A program made the translations under genes and the position numbers. From Epiperipatus broadwayi (Eukaryota > Animalia > Onychophora): 64,000 nt of DNA. Positions 12,681 through 26,430 of this stretch are shown here, in pieces. Below the pieces are notes generated by a model. It ran no database searches and had not been told where the DNA came from. It saw only the letters and a program-made list of their open reading frames with translations. Numbering within the stretch: the first letter of the stretch is position 1; each line of letters starts with the position of its first letter. The stretch covers positions 7,378,001 to 7,442,000 of the forward strand of contig JAQFVV010000007.1 of NCBI GenBank assembly GCA_028023455.1, read 5' to 3'.

Positions 12681-14275
12681 ACACTAACAAAAATCATAAA
12701 GTCACCTTGAATTAATCATTCCATATTCAAATTTCATTTCTTGTTTTAAAACTCTTTCTTAGCTGATGCTACATTAATTAGTTTTATGACTTTTCTAGAT
12801 TTTAGTAAAAAAAAAAGGATTCTTTAAAGCATAAGATGAAAAAATAATCAAATGGCATTATTGATTAAAAGTTTGTAAGAAATTTGAGCACAGAAAGAGC
12901 CAGAACTGAATTAATCTGAGGAGCATATATTCCAGAACCCATCACTCTACTTCTGCAGTAACCCACAGAGGACAAAAAATAAAACCCATTAATGAACTTC
13001 CTCTAATAAAAATCTTCAAAAGTTAAAGCTGTTGGTTTATTTTTTATATATTCAAAAATTCTGATTTTCCATTATCATGCCATAATCAGAAGCCTTATGA
13101 AATGTAACAAAGATGTCTGCTTAATGGTACTCATGATATTTGTGTTCTTTGTATATATTTTAATTTAGAGAAAAGAAAATGTTGGTAGTACAGTTTATTC
13201 ACTGTAGGAATATCTATTGCAGTACACCCTTCTGCAGAGTTTCTTAAAAGGTTAAGTGATATTTAAACAATAGAAATTACCCATTGATTTGAGATTTCAA
13301 AATCTTTAGCTCTAAAATCCATTGCTTTGCTATGGTTAAATTACATTAAATTACACTGGATTGATATCAAAGCTTAAAAATATAGCAGTTTCATATAAAA
13401 ATCATGATAAGTAATTGTTCTAGGTATATTTTGAATATCTGATAACCACTCAAATCATTAAAAATATATACATTATATAAAATTTATGTTTTTATGGTAA
13501 TTATAGTACCATATTTTTCTAGTGACAAAAGGCTAATTTTTTTATCATTAATTCACATATATATTTTTCAAAAGATTCAAACCCAGTTCCAATAAGAATT
13601 TTCCTGAATGTAGCACTATACATTATCTAATTAATTGTAGTCTATTCATTTAATTCTAATCTCCTTATATTAACTATAAAAAATTTACACGACTGTCACT
13701 TGAATATTTTTAATCACATGATCACATAAAAATTCTATATCAGATAAACTATCAGGATAATATTTATTCTGGTTAATAGGATTATATTTTAGAACTATTT
13801 GTTAACTCTCTAGAATTTTGATAGAGTCATTGCTCAAATACAATTTAGGTTTTGCCTAATGTTGGAAATATCATTTTCAGAAGTCATAAGAATATAAAAG
13901 CTTTTATATAATAATAAAAAAATATTCGTCATTGAATTGTGTTCAATTTGACCTTTATAAAAACTCACATTTCACAAAATATATCTTTAAGAATAAAATA
14001 ACTTTTTGAAAAAAAATATAACCTTAAATTTTGATATTTAAAATATTTAATTTTATATCTACTTATCTAAAGTAATGCACATATATACATTTAAAATAAG
14101 AACACTATGGTAAATATTAGTTTAAAAGTGTAAAATTATTTTACCTGTTGAGAAGTTTGTGTAGAAAAACAATGACAATATTGTAGATTAAAATGACCTT
14201 TTGGTTCACGAGCTAAGAAAGAAAATTGTCCTGCTTCAGGGTCACATGTTGCATAGGATATCCTGCGAAGAGCGT

Positions 14276-14400
14276 GAGCCATGTAAACAATCTACAAATA
14301 AACAAAAAATATTTTAAAATCACAAGCCATGTAAATAATCTACAAATAAACAAAAAGAATTTTAAAATTACAAGCCATGTAAATAATCTACAAATAAATA
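14276..14400. repeat. 39-bp minisatellite, 3 units (further partial units at about 14680-14750)
   Basis: agccatgtaaa(c/t)aatctacaaataaacaaaaa.aattttaaaat(c/t)aca repeated. Confidence 0.9.
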
Positions 14401-14639
14401 CAATTTATCCAAATCACTTTAAACACTTTTTAGCAAAACTCTTTATTTGTACATATATCCATACACCTACATTTTGACTGTCCTGCAGACTTCTTCAGAG
14501 CCAATTGTTTTTTAAGATATTAAAGTGAATTGGCTCTGAAGAAGATTGTAGGACTGTCAAAAGGTAGATATATTTATATATTAACATATAAAGAATTTTG
14601 CTAAAAAGTGTTCAAAGTGGTTTCGATAAATTGTATTTA
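14395..14639. mobile_element. ~245-bp fold-back element (about 110-bp arms, 21-nt spacer)
   Basis: Left arm taaatacaatttatcc...cttcttcagagccaatt is about 80 percent identical by eye to the reverse complement of the right arm. Confidence 0.85.
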
Positions 14640-15429
14640 TAGGATATTACAGCAAAATAAAAAAAAATGTTATTTTGGTAATCTACAAATAAAAAAAAAA
14701 AACTATTTTAAAATTAGAAACCAAGAAACAATCTACAAATAAACAAGGATTATTCTAAAATAATAAATCAAATGATTCATTACATTCTCATCACAGAAAC
14801 AGATTAGAGATAATTAGCCAAAAATGATACTAGATTACTATCATATTGGATGTCACTTCATAAAATGATTTACTTTAATAATAATAATGTCAATATATTT
14901 CAAACTACAGTGATCTAATTTATACTTCAACTCTAGAGCTTATCTAAATAAACCATGACTAATCAATGAACAGACCAGCTTCACATTCTTGATATTTATC
15001 CATGTTATGTAATGCAGTACTTGTGACCCTTTCCTTGGACAAAAATATAATGCAACCCATTATTTGTTTTTATCTTGCCTATATTACAAGTATGAATATT
15101 TAATAATGTTTATAATAAAATGAAAATAGTTTTAATTAATATACACATTTATATTTCCTAATATTTTAGTATAAAGCACATATGATTTGAAATTAATTTT
15201 TTGAAACAAATCCTATACTTATAAAACCAATTTATTTTTATGTTGTTTTTATCTAATTTTTAAAATTAAATTCTTTACAAAAAAAAAATATTATCCAAAA
15301 CATAAGAAAATTTCTTAAAAATTTCATGACCCCAAACAATTTTTATGCAACTCCCTAAGAGTTCATCACTGATATTGTGGATTGCATATAGGCATCTGTT
15401 AATTGAATGTAAATGAACTACAAGCAGAA

Positions 15430-15730
15430 GGAATACAAATAATGAAGTTTTGAGAGAATAAATATAAACAAAGACATTATACAGAAAGTGGGTTTTTGGT
15501 TTTTATATTAGGTTTGGGGAAAAAAATAGGGGAATTTAAATAAAAAGGCCATAGAGTTGATAAGGATAATGTTGTGAAAATGGGATGGAGCAGGATAGAG
15601 AAAAATATGGAAAAAACTTAAAATGGGAATAGAAAGGGTATGTAATGTGGCTAACAGGTTTCCCTGTGAGAGTGGCTGAGATTCCTGAATTTGATAAAGG
15701 GGAAGCCACAGTGCATCATATCACACCAAC
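15430..15730 (+). mobile_element. 3' end of the LINE family seen at 54.85-55.87 kb
   Basis: Shares gtggctaacagg, ggaagccacagtgcatcatatcac and the upstream coding remnant with that family. Confidence 0.75.
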
Positions 15731-16214
15731 AATATATCAATCCAAAAGCCATTTTTACTTCTTTTATAATATTTAACTTCATGATTTGAAAGTTTCAATA
15801 GCCTAATTTTTTGAACTTAAATCAACTTTCTCTCACATAGTTCATCAATTGTATACTTTTTTTTATTTGTATAAAAATATATACTTTTTTTATTAGTGAG
15901 AAAATTAAAATGGTTACAAATTTTATATTATTCTGTATAATCACGACTTAAATGTCATATTTTGCAATTACTTAAAAGAAAGTTTTAATTTTTGTGAAAA
16001 AAAAACCCGATTTAACATGCAAGCAGTTATTTTTAATTAAAAAAAAACACCTCTGTCTCTCATGAACATCCCAAAGAGATGGCATCAGTAAATTTTATCA
16101 ATCTAGAACTATTTAATTGAGTTTGGTAATGTTTTGCTCTCATTATTAATAAGCACACCCAGTATTGAACAGAGCCACTGTTGCCTGCACCAGGTATTGT
16201 GGAACAATTGTCTG

Positions 16215-16960
16215 GTCTCTGATTCTAATTTTTTAAATTTTATTATAAAACACTGATTTTGTGCAACTAGACACTCCCTTGAAACACATTTTGCATCTAA
16301 TCCACCAAATTATGAAGGTTAGAAAAGTTGAAATTCTTATTAATGGTAATATGCCTTTTTCCAATCTTTCTGACAGTGATACTATTGCTGATATTTTGAG
16401 CTGTGTTTCTAACACTATGATATTCCTATATATTTCAAATACAGGGCAGTGTAACAAGACATGATTTGTAGTCTCATTTTCTTTGTGACAGAGCTGACAA
16501 AATGGATCAACATTTGTAATGAATCTTTTTTGTGATAGAAAATAATTAGAGGGAACAGCTGATAAATTAATTTTAATGAGGAAATCCAAGTAGTTTGGTT
16601 TAGATGCCAGTGTCAGAACCTTCTAAGTAAAGATTTATTAGTTGTATTTAGATTTGTGGGAGATTGTGAAATCTAGAAGGAATTGTTTATCATTTCATAG
16701 GTCTCCAAGTATTTAATCTTCATTGTGAATGATTGACTATTGATGGTACTCGAAGAAGCTATAAATATTATAGTTATGTTAATAAACTCTATTTTTGGTG
16801 ATGGTGTATCTGTTGGGTTGACTGTAAGAAATTTTTTAAAGTTTGAGTAATTGTACATCAATTTCTCCACATTGTTAGTATTCAGTCAAAATTTACTGCT
16901 TCAATCCATAACTTTGTAGGTTTTCCTATATACAAATCTACAAGCACAATGAGAATGGCA
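16215..16960 (-). mobile_element. L1/Tx1-like LINE ORF2 C-terminal fragment (zf-RVT)
   Basis: ORF 16233..16589 contains DPFCQLCHKENETTNHVLLHCP...IIWWIRCKMCF, a typical CCHC zf-RVT region. Confidence 0.8.
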
Positions 16961-17442
16961 ATACAATGCTTCATAACTGCATCTATAGAAAAAATGAACA
17001 ACTTTCTAAGATTTATCTTTCGGTTACATGCAAAAATATCACTGATCAACATATTAATATTCTCAAAGATAAACTACTGCATTGCATGCCAGTGATCAAA
17101 GTTACAAATGCTTTTAGTAAAAATATATTCATTTTGTACAAAACTTCTGTAGAACAAAAGAGTGGTAGCATTGAGTATTAAAAACCTGCAGAAGCACTAC
17201 AAAAACAACGGCCTTTCACTCCACTCAATCCATACATTCTACTTTCTTACCAATTGTATATTTTGATAGCAATGGATATATGCTAACTGTAAACATTTTT
17301 GATATGCTGACAAACATATTTATATGCCTCCTATGTATGTTTCTAATGTATATTTTTCATAGGTTTGTAACTCATACACACATATATAAATAAAAGATGG
17401 CTTTTTATGCATTCAAACTGAAAAAATAATTATTCAAAATGT

Positions 17443-17679
17443 TTAGCAGTATAAACAATGCATTTTCAATATTATTTTGAAGCACACAAAGAAATATTTA
17501 AATAAGTTAAGTAAAATATAGGATTTTCTATGTGATTCGGTCACACATCTGGATTTTGTCTTCAGCAATAAAATAAATTCCCTACATTCAAATACGAAAG
17601 CACTTTTACATATACCTAAGATCCATTTAATATATAAATACATTGTCTCAAAAACAAATTTTTGTAACAAACAAGCCAT
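17443..17679 (-). mobile_element. Decayed non-LTR ORF2 fragment
   Basis: YIKWILGICKSAFVFECRE resembles the post-RT motif K.ILG.P.ST of LINEs. Confidence 0.35.
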
Positions 17680-19019
17680 TTAATTGTTTAAGCTGATGGT
17701 TATGTATAATTCATAATAGCCACAATTATAGTTAAAGGTATATACATTTTATATAAGCCTGATTTGATTAATTCAATTCCTTTTTTTAAACATTATACTT
17801 TAAAAAAAAAGAAAAACGTTTTCACTCTTAGTTAATTGTTAATGAAGTTACTTCGAGAATATGTAATTACAATAAAGCTAACTAACTAAGTTAAACTGAA
17901 ATTGACGATGGAAAAACATCTGCTAATTTTATTTTTCTCCATATTGCTAAACAACAAAGAAAACTGGCCAAAAAATAGTAAATAATTAAAAAAAAGATTA
18001 TAACCAATAATCAAAGATAGTGATTTATTTAAAAATTCTTTTTAATTTATTTTTTACAGTTATTATTAAAATAAAATAATAACTGGATAGGAACCAACTC
18101 TTAGGTTACCGTGCGTGAGAGTTGGATTAGTGAAAGAATATCCAGCTATCAATGTGAGCATGGAGGTCCAGATGTTTGATACCTCTCAGCTCAGCTGATG
18201 AGCAAAGATTGTTCAAAAAACACAAATATGGTGAGAAAGAGAGCAATCTGCGTTTCTGCGCTGGTGAATGATTGCAATATAGTGAGGTGATGTGCGCTGA
18301 TAAACACCACAAACTCTTAAAAGTGCTCATTATATTAACCTATTATATACTGGTACACAAAATAATGAAATATTTAACAATATTTTTAGACTCCAATGAG
18401 TGAGTCTTATAAAATGTCTTTCAGATCAATGGTCCTTAACAAACCCAACTAACCATTCAATATTGGTAATAAATGGATATATAATTATTATTAGATATAA
18501 TGTAAAACAAGAATACAAAAACACTCAAATTTTCACTCCTTTTTCATATACCACTTTTACATTCACTACTTCTCTATGAGGGCATTGAAGAAATCTATAC
18601 TCTATAGTGGTTTATATTTAGTCTTTATTTAAAACCACAACATTACTTTCTTTAGGATAAAAATAATGTTATACAGAATTCATTGATATTTTCACTTCAT
18701 TATATACCTAAAAGTCAATAATTCTACTTGTATTTCTTGAAACATCTATTTGTAAAAATACAGGTACTTTGAATTTATTATAATAAAAAATTTTTTTTAT
18801 ATGTGTTAAATTGGTGCCCATGTGGAAAAATGATGGAATGTGTGTGCAGACAAATAAACTATTGACAGTTTTGATATAGTCCATTACAAAGATCTGAATA
18901 TAATAAAAGGACATTGAAGAAATGAGGACAAGAACTGCTTTTGAAATCAATTATCGATGGTCCTGAAATGAAGTATTATTAAAAAATGCTTGAGATACCT
19001 CATATGACTAAGAAATTTA

Positions 19020-19247
19020 ATGAACGAGTTTTGAAGAAAGCAGAAGCCCAGGGAAAAGATGTCATGATTGCAACTAGGAGTGATTCTAGAGGAAAAAGAT
19101 GACCATGAATGAGTATGATCAAAGAACAGATGGGACTCATAATATTGAGAACATGCAGAAAAGAGAAAAGTAGAATGGCCTGGAAATTTTTATCCACATT
19201 GAGGCCTACTATCCAAAATGACTGATAAAATAGATGATGATGATGAC
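19020..19247 (+). mobile_element. Decayed LINE 3' end with (GAT)n tail
   Basis: RGKR*P*MSMIKEQ resembles the G.R.RGRP..W.D.I terminus; ends in gatgatgatgatgac. Confidence 0.5.
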
Positions 19248-21916
19248 ATGTTATATTATCTTGGTGAAATGTACCAAATGTACTTAAAATAAAACATTAC
19301 ACTAAAAATTAAAATGATTAAGTATTTTCCAATTCATTATTAATTATTTTCAAATGCCATTTTCTAATTTTTTAATTAAATTATGGCTAGAAACATATCA
19401 CTGAGAATATAAATGCAAGTATTTACAAATATGTTGTTTGAAAGTTTGTTAAAAAATTCTTTAGAAATCTGATATATGAATTATTGTAGCAACATATTTG
19501 GATTTAATTGTTCCATGAATAAATTTAATATATATATATATTGTACTTACTGGAGTTTGATATGAGCTTCAGTATATGGTAAAATGCCAGCCATAATTTT
19601 TTTTTCTTGTCTGATTTTGATAGTGGATATATTAACCTATGAAGTATTAAACTGTGTTGCTATGACAATGATAAAACTAATGTAAGAAATTATTTATTAT
19701 TAATTGTATTGTCTAAGATTATAAATTGAATTTATCCATTTTAAATCAAATATGTGAATAATGAAGCACATGGTTTGGATAAAATTATTGTTCTTTTGTT
19801 ATTATATGTATTTTTGTTAGTGCATTTGCAATAATAAAATATAAATACTACAACTAAATGTCTAATATCTCAAATGTATTTGTCAGTTTGGTTGTATAGA
19901 AAGATATATATATATATATGTGAAAATATATTTCTAGTGTAGTATAGTGAGAATGTATTATAAATTGTTTAATTTCTGTTAGAATTAAAGGATATCATTT
20001 ATATTTGTAAAATGTAAATGTTTGTTATGTGTAATAATTGTAAAATATTTTTTTTTATTTATCATTATTGCTTAATAAGAATTTTATTTATGAAACACTG
20101 GCTAAAATTGACAAAGAGTTAATATAGAATGTTGCTATAGTTTTTCTTACATCAATAAAAAAAGTTTATAAATAACAGCAAGCAGATTAAACAGTCTCTC
20201 TCTATTTTGGCTTCAAAACAAGTGAATCTAAATTCCTTCTTATGATTTTTTTATATATTTTTAAAAGTATATGATTGAGAAATGGAGAGAATGATGGGAT
20301 GAACCAATAATGTTCATCCATTGACTGAATAGGGTCATTGAATTTGTAAGAGATGATGATTTATTGAAATATAAAAATTAATAATTAGTATTTTGAAACC
20401 ATCAGAATGTTTCATCACTTTAAAAATAATATTACCTACTTTTTAATAATGACATCTAAATGTTAACAACAGAAAAATGTACACAAATATTATGTTCACC
20501 TACTGATATAATTTTATAAGCTTGATGTATTATTTATAGATGGGATAATAAATTGGTTCAATTGATTAATTGCTAAATTAAAAGATATCTACATTGCCCC
20601 ATCATGTATATAAGCTAGTGATTGCACACTTATAATATTATATAGATGCTGAATGAAATGATAATTTGGATATTTGGAAAATAATGGAATTTTAAAAATG
20701 TACTTCAAACCTTATAGCTTTTTGTAATATTTTTACTTTTTCTGGAATAACAAAATATTGAATGGTGATTTAAAAGAAAATACTAGAACTATGGCACTAT
20801 TTTGAAATGACACATTTAAAGATTAATACTCAGATCATTTGCTTATATTCATCATTATTATTGCTATATTTATTTTTTTCATTTAAAATGTATAGTATTT
20901 ATTGATATCAGTATAATTTTAAATTAAATAGTGATTTATTTACATACTTAAATGAAAGAGAATTATGGCTTCCTAAGTTTGAAATTACATGTTGTAGCAT
21001 AGTAATTATTATTTTAAATTAAAATATTCATTTTTTTATTATTATTTATAGATTAATGGAGTATAAATAGAAGATATATCTTGAACTTTTACATTTTGGA
21101 AAGTCTAAACTTTCTACATCTTTTTTTGTGTTACATAAACAAATGTGTTGGTATTTAATATCTTATCAATGGAGATTGAGGTACAATCACCTATTTAAAT
21201 ATAAAGTTAATGACAATTGAAAACCTATTGCTTAAAACCTAATCAGATTATATGCATATATTTTAAATGTTTATTTTCCATACATACATATATATATATA
21301 TTGTAATGAAACCAGTGATGAACTGAGAAAGAAAGAGGGAACACATCTTACTACTGTCAGATGCAGGATCTTCAGGTAGGATACTGGTGATAGCACAGTG
21401 GAATGCTTAATCCAAGATGACATCTACCTTCAGCATGCAAGTTCAATATTCACTGAAGAAATTTAAATGCAATTTGGACCAGTTGATCTTCAACACAACC
21501 CCCTTTCAGGCTTCATTAGATCCCAGAATTCAAACCCAGGCAAAATTTGCAGTTAGCTCTCCCCATGGATGAAGTTACTTAATTTTCAAACCAATCTGAC
21601 TATATATAAGCAAAGACTAGTATATTTTTACTGCTAAAATGTTATACACATCTTTTTATATATGAAGAATGATCTGTGGATATGAATAATTAATATATGT
21701 GTATTTAATATAATTATTTAGTGATATGAGGAGATTATAGACTAAACTATTTATTTCATAGTGAAAATGTATGGTATTGATAATCAATTTGCTTATTAGT
21801 ATAAATACATGATAATAATGATGATGATGATCAAGTAGATTATTAGTGTAAGTGCATGGTATTGATGATGAATTTTCTTATTGGTATTATAAGGGTCGGA
21901 GAGGATAGAAATTCAG

Positions 21917-23923
21917 TGGAAGTTGGAGTCTTAGCATATTTGCCATACAGGGTGTCACCAGGCTATTGGAACCTGGAAAATTTATATAGTATGTAAGTTA
22001 AGATCCAAACTTTTACATATATATTTTATTCTGACCGTCAGCCCATGCCACTAGCTCAGGGAGATGCAGAGATTTATAATATATAAATTCTTATTTAAAA
22101 ATATTTTCAATATTAAAAAAAAAAAAAAGAAGCCACTGCCAGTAATAACACACACAAACATTTATTAAACATGTATAAAATTTAAAATTATCTATTTTAG
22201 TGTAACTTTACATTAGATTTTAAATTACAATTTAACTTTTTATTTTAGAAGTTCGCACAGATGAATTTAAATACTTTATTAGTGTCGAGTATTGATAGAC
22301 TACATAGATTGCATTTTAAAAGAAAATATTTTATCCCTTATTTAACCTTATGTCAAATGTTTGCATTCAAACCAATGCTAATCTATCTGATATATCGATG
22401 TATTAAATGCAGCATGAATATGACAGCACAATACCATACTGTCAGGAACGCACATCTGAACAGCATGGTTGTAGAGAAGAAATTGTCTCTCATCCAGTAC
22501 AGGAATGTTACATCTGTCTGGTGAAAAGAACAATAAAAAAACTCCATAAGAAGGGATTGCAGTCCTTTATTCCATCTTACTATCCCAATCCACAGGCTAA
22601 AGGGGTGATCCAAGGAGCAGGGAATAGTCTGCTTCCAATGATCAGTATGAAATGGGACTTATTTTTTTCAAGTGCAGCATATAATGTGATCTTGGATGTA
22701 GCAGATCTTCATGCTACATTTACTAATTACACCAATACATCTAATCCATTGATTCAATTTAACTGCAAAAAAAATAATCTAAGATTTACCCTACCTTAAT
22801 TAAACTAATATAACTTTACAAATTTTTGCAGCTTATCATGCCTGACTTAAATTTAACATTTATTAAAAGTTTTGTTTAACAGCAAAAAAAAAAAAAAAAA
22901 AATCATAATAAAAACTTAAAAGAAGGGAAAAAATAAATTAATGGAAATGATTTTAAAAAAATAATACATTCAATAAAAATAATTAATAAATAATTTAGTC
23001 AGATAGGAAATTCTATTTCTATTTAAATATTGAAAAGTTTAGAATATAGAGTTCTTACTGTTTTCAAATACTGGAAAGTTTTAGAATTAATGTTCATTAG
23101 TTATATAGTTCTTGTGGTTTTAAAAAGTTCATCTTTAACAGTTGCTTGCCATTTGGGATCCAGTGTTAATTGTCCCAATGTCCTGGGGAGACTAATATGC
23201 TGTTGGCTGTTTTGTTGATTCATCTGGAGGTCCTTTACTTTAGCTGGTATTTTATTTCCAGGCCCTGATAGCCTGTAGTCCACAATATGAAAAAATGATG
23301 TCATTTCTTTTTTTTTTTATAGAAAAACTGAAGGAATTGAAAGTGCATCTTTCAATCCCTTCTCCTTCAACTCTCTCTGACTTAACAAATATCATACCTC
23401 TCTCTATCATATCTCTATTTTTCTTCCCAATTTATTTCTAAACTTTTCCTTTTGTATTAAACTTTTGGACCCAGTGGACATTACATCATGATGATGATGA
23501 TCCTTTCATTGAGGTCCATTTCCTGACAGATTTCTTTTATTGGCTATTCTGTTCCTATTGTTTTTCTCTCCTATCTGACCTTTAATTATACATTTTGAGA
23601 TGCCCAAGGACTAGTTTACTAATTGAAAATAATCATTTCCATTTTACACAATAGCATTAATTAAATTATTGTACATTCTTTTTATCTTTAAATCTTTTAA
23701 GCTTTTTCTAAAAATTTAGTTTTAAAATACCTTTTCTTTTTTAATAGTTTTCTTTGAATAATTTTTTTTTCATCTGTGTGATTTTATATATATATATGAG
23801 TTTAGATGATTTTTAATTTTCAATTTTTAATTCTTAAAAAAAAAAAGTTTTTATTTGCGAACTTTTATTTTTAATGTCTAATTTTTTAAAAAAAATAATG
23901 TAACATTGTGTGTGCCTGTTACA
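21917..23923. repeat. Copy A of a ~2-kb local direct duplication; the minus strand tentatively resembles a decayed CR1/L2-like ORF2
   Basis: Aligns with 25850-26430 plus 30074-31447. Minus frames give KKKRYFKTKF...NDYF and SGPGNKIPAKVK...HISLP...DPKWQATVK.ELFK, loosely like the LINE linker and first RT domains; the family call is weak. Confidence 0.85.
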
Positions 23924-24227
23924 TATCAGTAAACTTGCTTAAAAAATAAACAAAAAAAAATATTTTACTTAGGGTTAGCAATTACGGTACATGATTAACA
24001 AAAATTTACAAAAACATTCAGTTAGTAATTTTACAAAAAGACTATATACAAAAAAAATGTTGACTATCATTTCCCTATGAACCATCTATGTTTACGCCTC
24101 CTCCCCCCAAGAGTTCCTTTTTCTCTACATTTCATTTTTAAACACACGGTATGACAACCAAATTATTTACTTAGGAAGGTTGCATTGAAGTAAATACATT
24201 TTAAGAAATAATGGGTTTATACCTGTG

Positions 24228-25407
24228 TACACCTGGGTCTCTTTTTACACGGACTTATTTAATACGATTTTGAAGTTACGTGATTCATGTTCCATGGGAA
24301 GTCAAACTCCGATAATGCACTATTACTTTAAATAATAAATTTCGTGCACTTACATTATATTGAAAGTAATAGCACATTATTGGAATTCGACTTTCATCTT
24401 AGTAATTTCAATATTTTCAGTGCTTTATAATAGTAAGATTTTATGCAATAATGAAATTAAAATCATGATTTCCACATTTTATGTATACACACATTAAATT
24501 TTACAAGATTATAATGTAAATTTGTTCAAACATTGTGCGTGTTAATTTTGCATTTTAAATCACATTCTGTTTTTGCTTTTTAAAAAAGAACATAATCAAT
24601 TATTAATCATTTAGTGTCTGCAAGTTTATTTTTAAAAGGTGAGTAATAGCAGTGGGCACAATTAAATTTGACAATTAAAAATTAAAATCTGATTTTTAAT
24701 TGTAATTAACAATTTAAAAATTACTTACAGTGACTTGAAATTAATGTGATGTAAAATGAACTTTGATTTTTAAACAGAATTGAAAATTAAAAAATTAAAG
24801 ACAAAAATAAGAATTTAATTTTTAGTTGTTAGTTTTAATTAAATTTTTCCCAGCAGTGGTGAATAAATGTCTTTTTATTATCATAAGTCTAAGTTCATAA
24901 ACAATTAATAAAATCATCATCTCAAAGATTAATTACTAATTATGTTGTTAACAGAAAACCATTAGCCCAACATGAGAGTGAACTTGGTGCTAGTTGTATT
25001 TTCTCTTGAGAAAATTTGATTTTTTACCAGTTTGCAAACTAACCTGTTTTTTAGCAAATAGCGATAATAATTAAAATGTGCATAAAAATGTAAATTACTA
25101 TACTGTAAATTATGCATAAAAATATATTATTTTAAATAAAATTAAATATTATAGTTAAAAAAAGTTTGTCTTGTATCAATTTTTTTCAAATTTGAAATTT
25201 CCTATTAGTCATATTTTATTTCTTTATTTCTTTTTTGCGCAAATTTTAAAGTAATTTTACGTTGGTGCTTTGCTTTTACGCGAATTTTGAAAAATCACAG
25301 ACTGCATCCCACCTTTTTCAATGTAAGTTATGTTTATTTTTGCATGATTTCATTTGCGCGTGTTTTCTGAGGAACCTATCTATCACATAAAATGAGACCC
25401 AGGTGTA
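24228..25407. mobile_element. pogo/Tigger- or Tc1-type non-autonomous DNA transposon with TA target duplication
   Basis: TA-cacctgggtctc...gagacccaggtg-TA (14-bp perfect inverted ends including TA, extending imperfectly); subterminal ttttacgcg motifs; faint KFTLMLG remnant on minus at about 24980. Confidence 0.6.
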
Positions 25408-26430
25408 TTTGGAGCACAATTATATATACCACCAACTTATTTATGATTAATTCAAATGCTTAAATAGGGATTACACTGAGGTAGATTCCCAAAGAACACT
25501 CATCATAAGGTGTCACATTTACAATCATAAAGTTACATGGCTGTGCACACTTATACACATTAAAGCATAATATATATTAAGAAAAAAAACTTATATTAAT
25601 TGCAACCTTTTGATTTTTTTATTTTAAAAAAAATACCAAATGACAATTTAAAATTATTAATATCTTTTCTTTCTCATGTTTAATATATGTGCTATTTCTT
25701 TCTGGCAGTGCTTTTATAAGATTTAAAGTATATGGCTTTAAGTAACTAGATAAATATATTTCATTTAAAAGAAAATTTACTCAGGGTACTTGTGGTTTAT
25801 TATACATTGGCCCACATTGGGAGTCCAATTATAATGCTTGGGAAGGTTTTGGAAGTTGAAGTCTTCCCGTATCTGCCAAACAGGGTGCCACCAGGCTATT
25901 TGAACCTGGAAAATTTATACAGTGGGCAGATCTGTTAAGATCCAACTTTTACCTAATAAAATATAAATTCTTATTTAAAAATATATTTTCAATATAAAAA
26001 AATAAATAAAAGAAGCAACTTCCAGAAAAAACACACAAACATTTATTAAACATATATAAAATTTAGAATTATTATTTTAATCTAACTTTTACTTTAGAAT
26101 TTAATTTACATTTTTTAACTTTTTATTTTAGAAGTTCGCACAGATGAATTTATTATTTTATTAGAGTGTCAAGTATGGATAGACTACATAGATTGTACTT
26201 GAAAAAAAATTCTTTCCATTATTTAACCTTAGGCCAAAAGTTCGCAGTCAAACCAACGTCAATCTATCTGATATATTGATGTATTCAATGCAGCATGAAT
26301 ACGACAGCACAATACTATACTGTCAAGAATGCACATCTGAACAGCATGGTTATAAAGAAGAAATTGTCTCTCATCCAGTACAGAAATGTTACATCTGTCT
26401 GGCAAAAACAACAAAAAAAAAACTCCATAG

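Noticed and set aside
14276-14400. 39-bp repeats as a CRISPR-like array
   Set aside because: The units are adjacent with no unique spacers, in a eukaryotic context: an ordinary minisatellite.
18105-18330. GC-richer, CpG-containing segment as an exon or ribozyme
   Set aside because: All frames on both strands have stops relative to the candidate splice sites, and the CTGATGA at about 18194 lacks a proper stem II and GAAA.
21947-21960. CAGGGTG(T/C)CACC as a Tc1/mariner or hAT terminal inverted repeat (also 25881)
   Set aside because: No matching inverted end was found, and A/B homology extends about 30 bp further upstream.
22407-22799. 130-aa ORF and the twin 62-aa ORFs (23030..23218, 30554..30742) as a duplicated gene
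   Set aside because: No recognisable domain or splice structure; the 130-aa frame is broken in copy B, and the 62-aa match only reflects high DNA identity.
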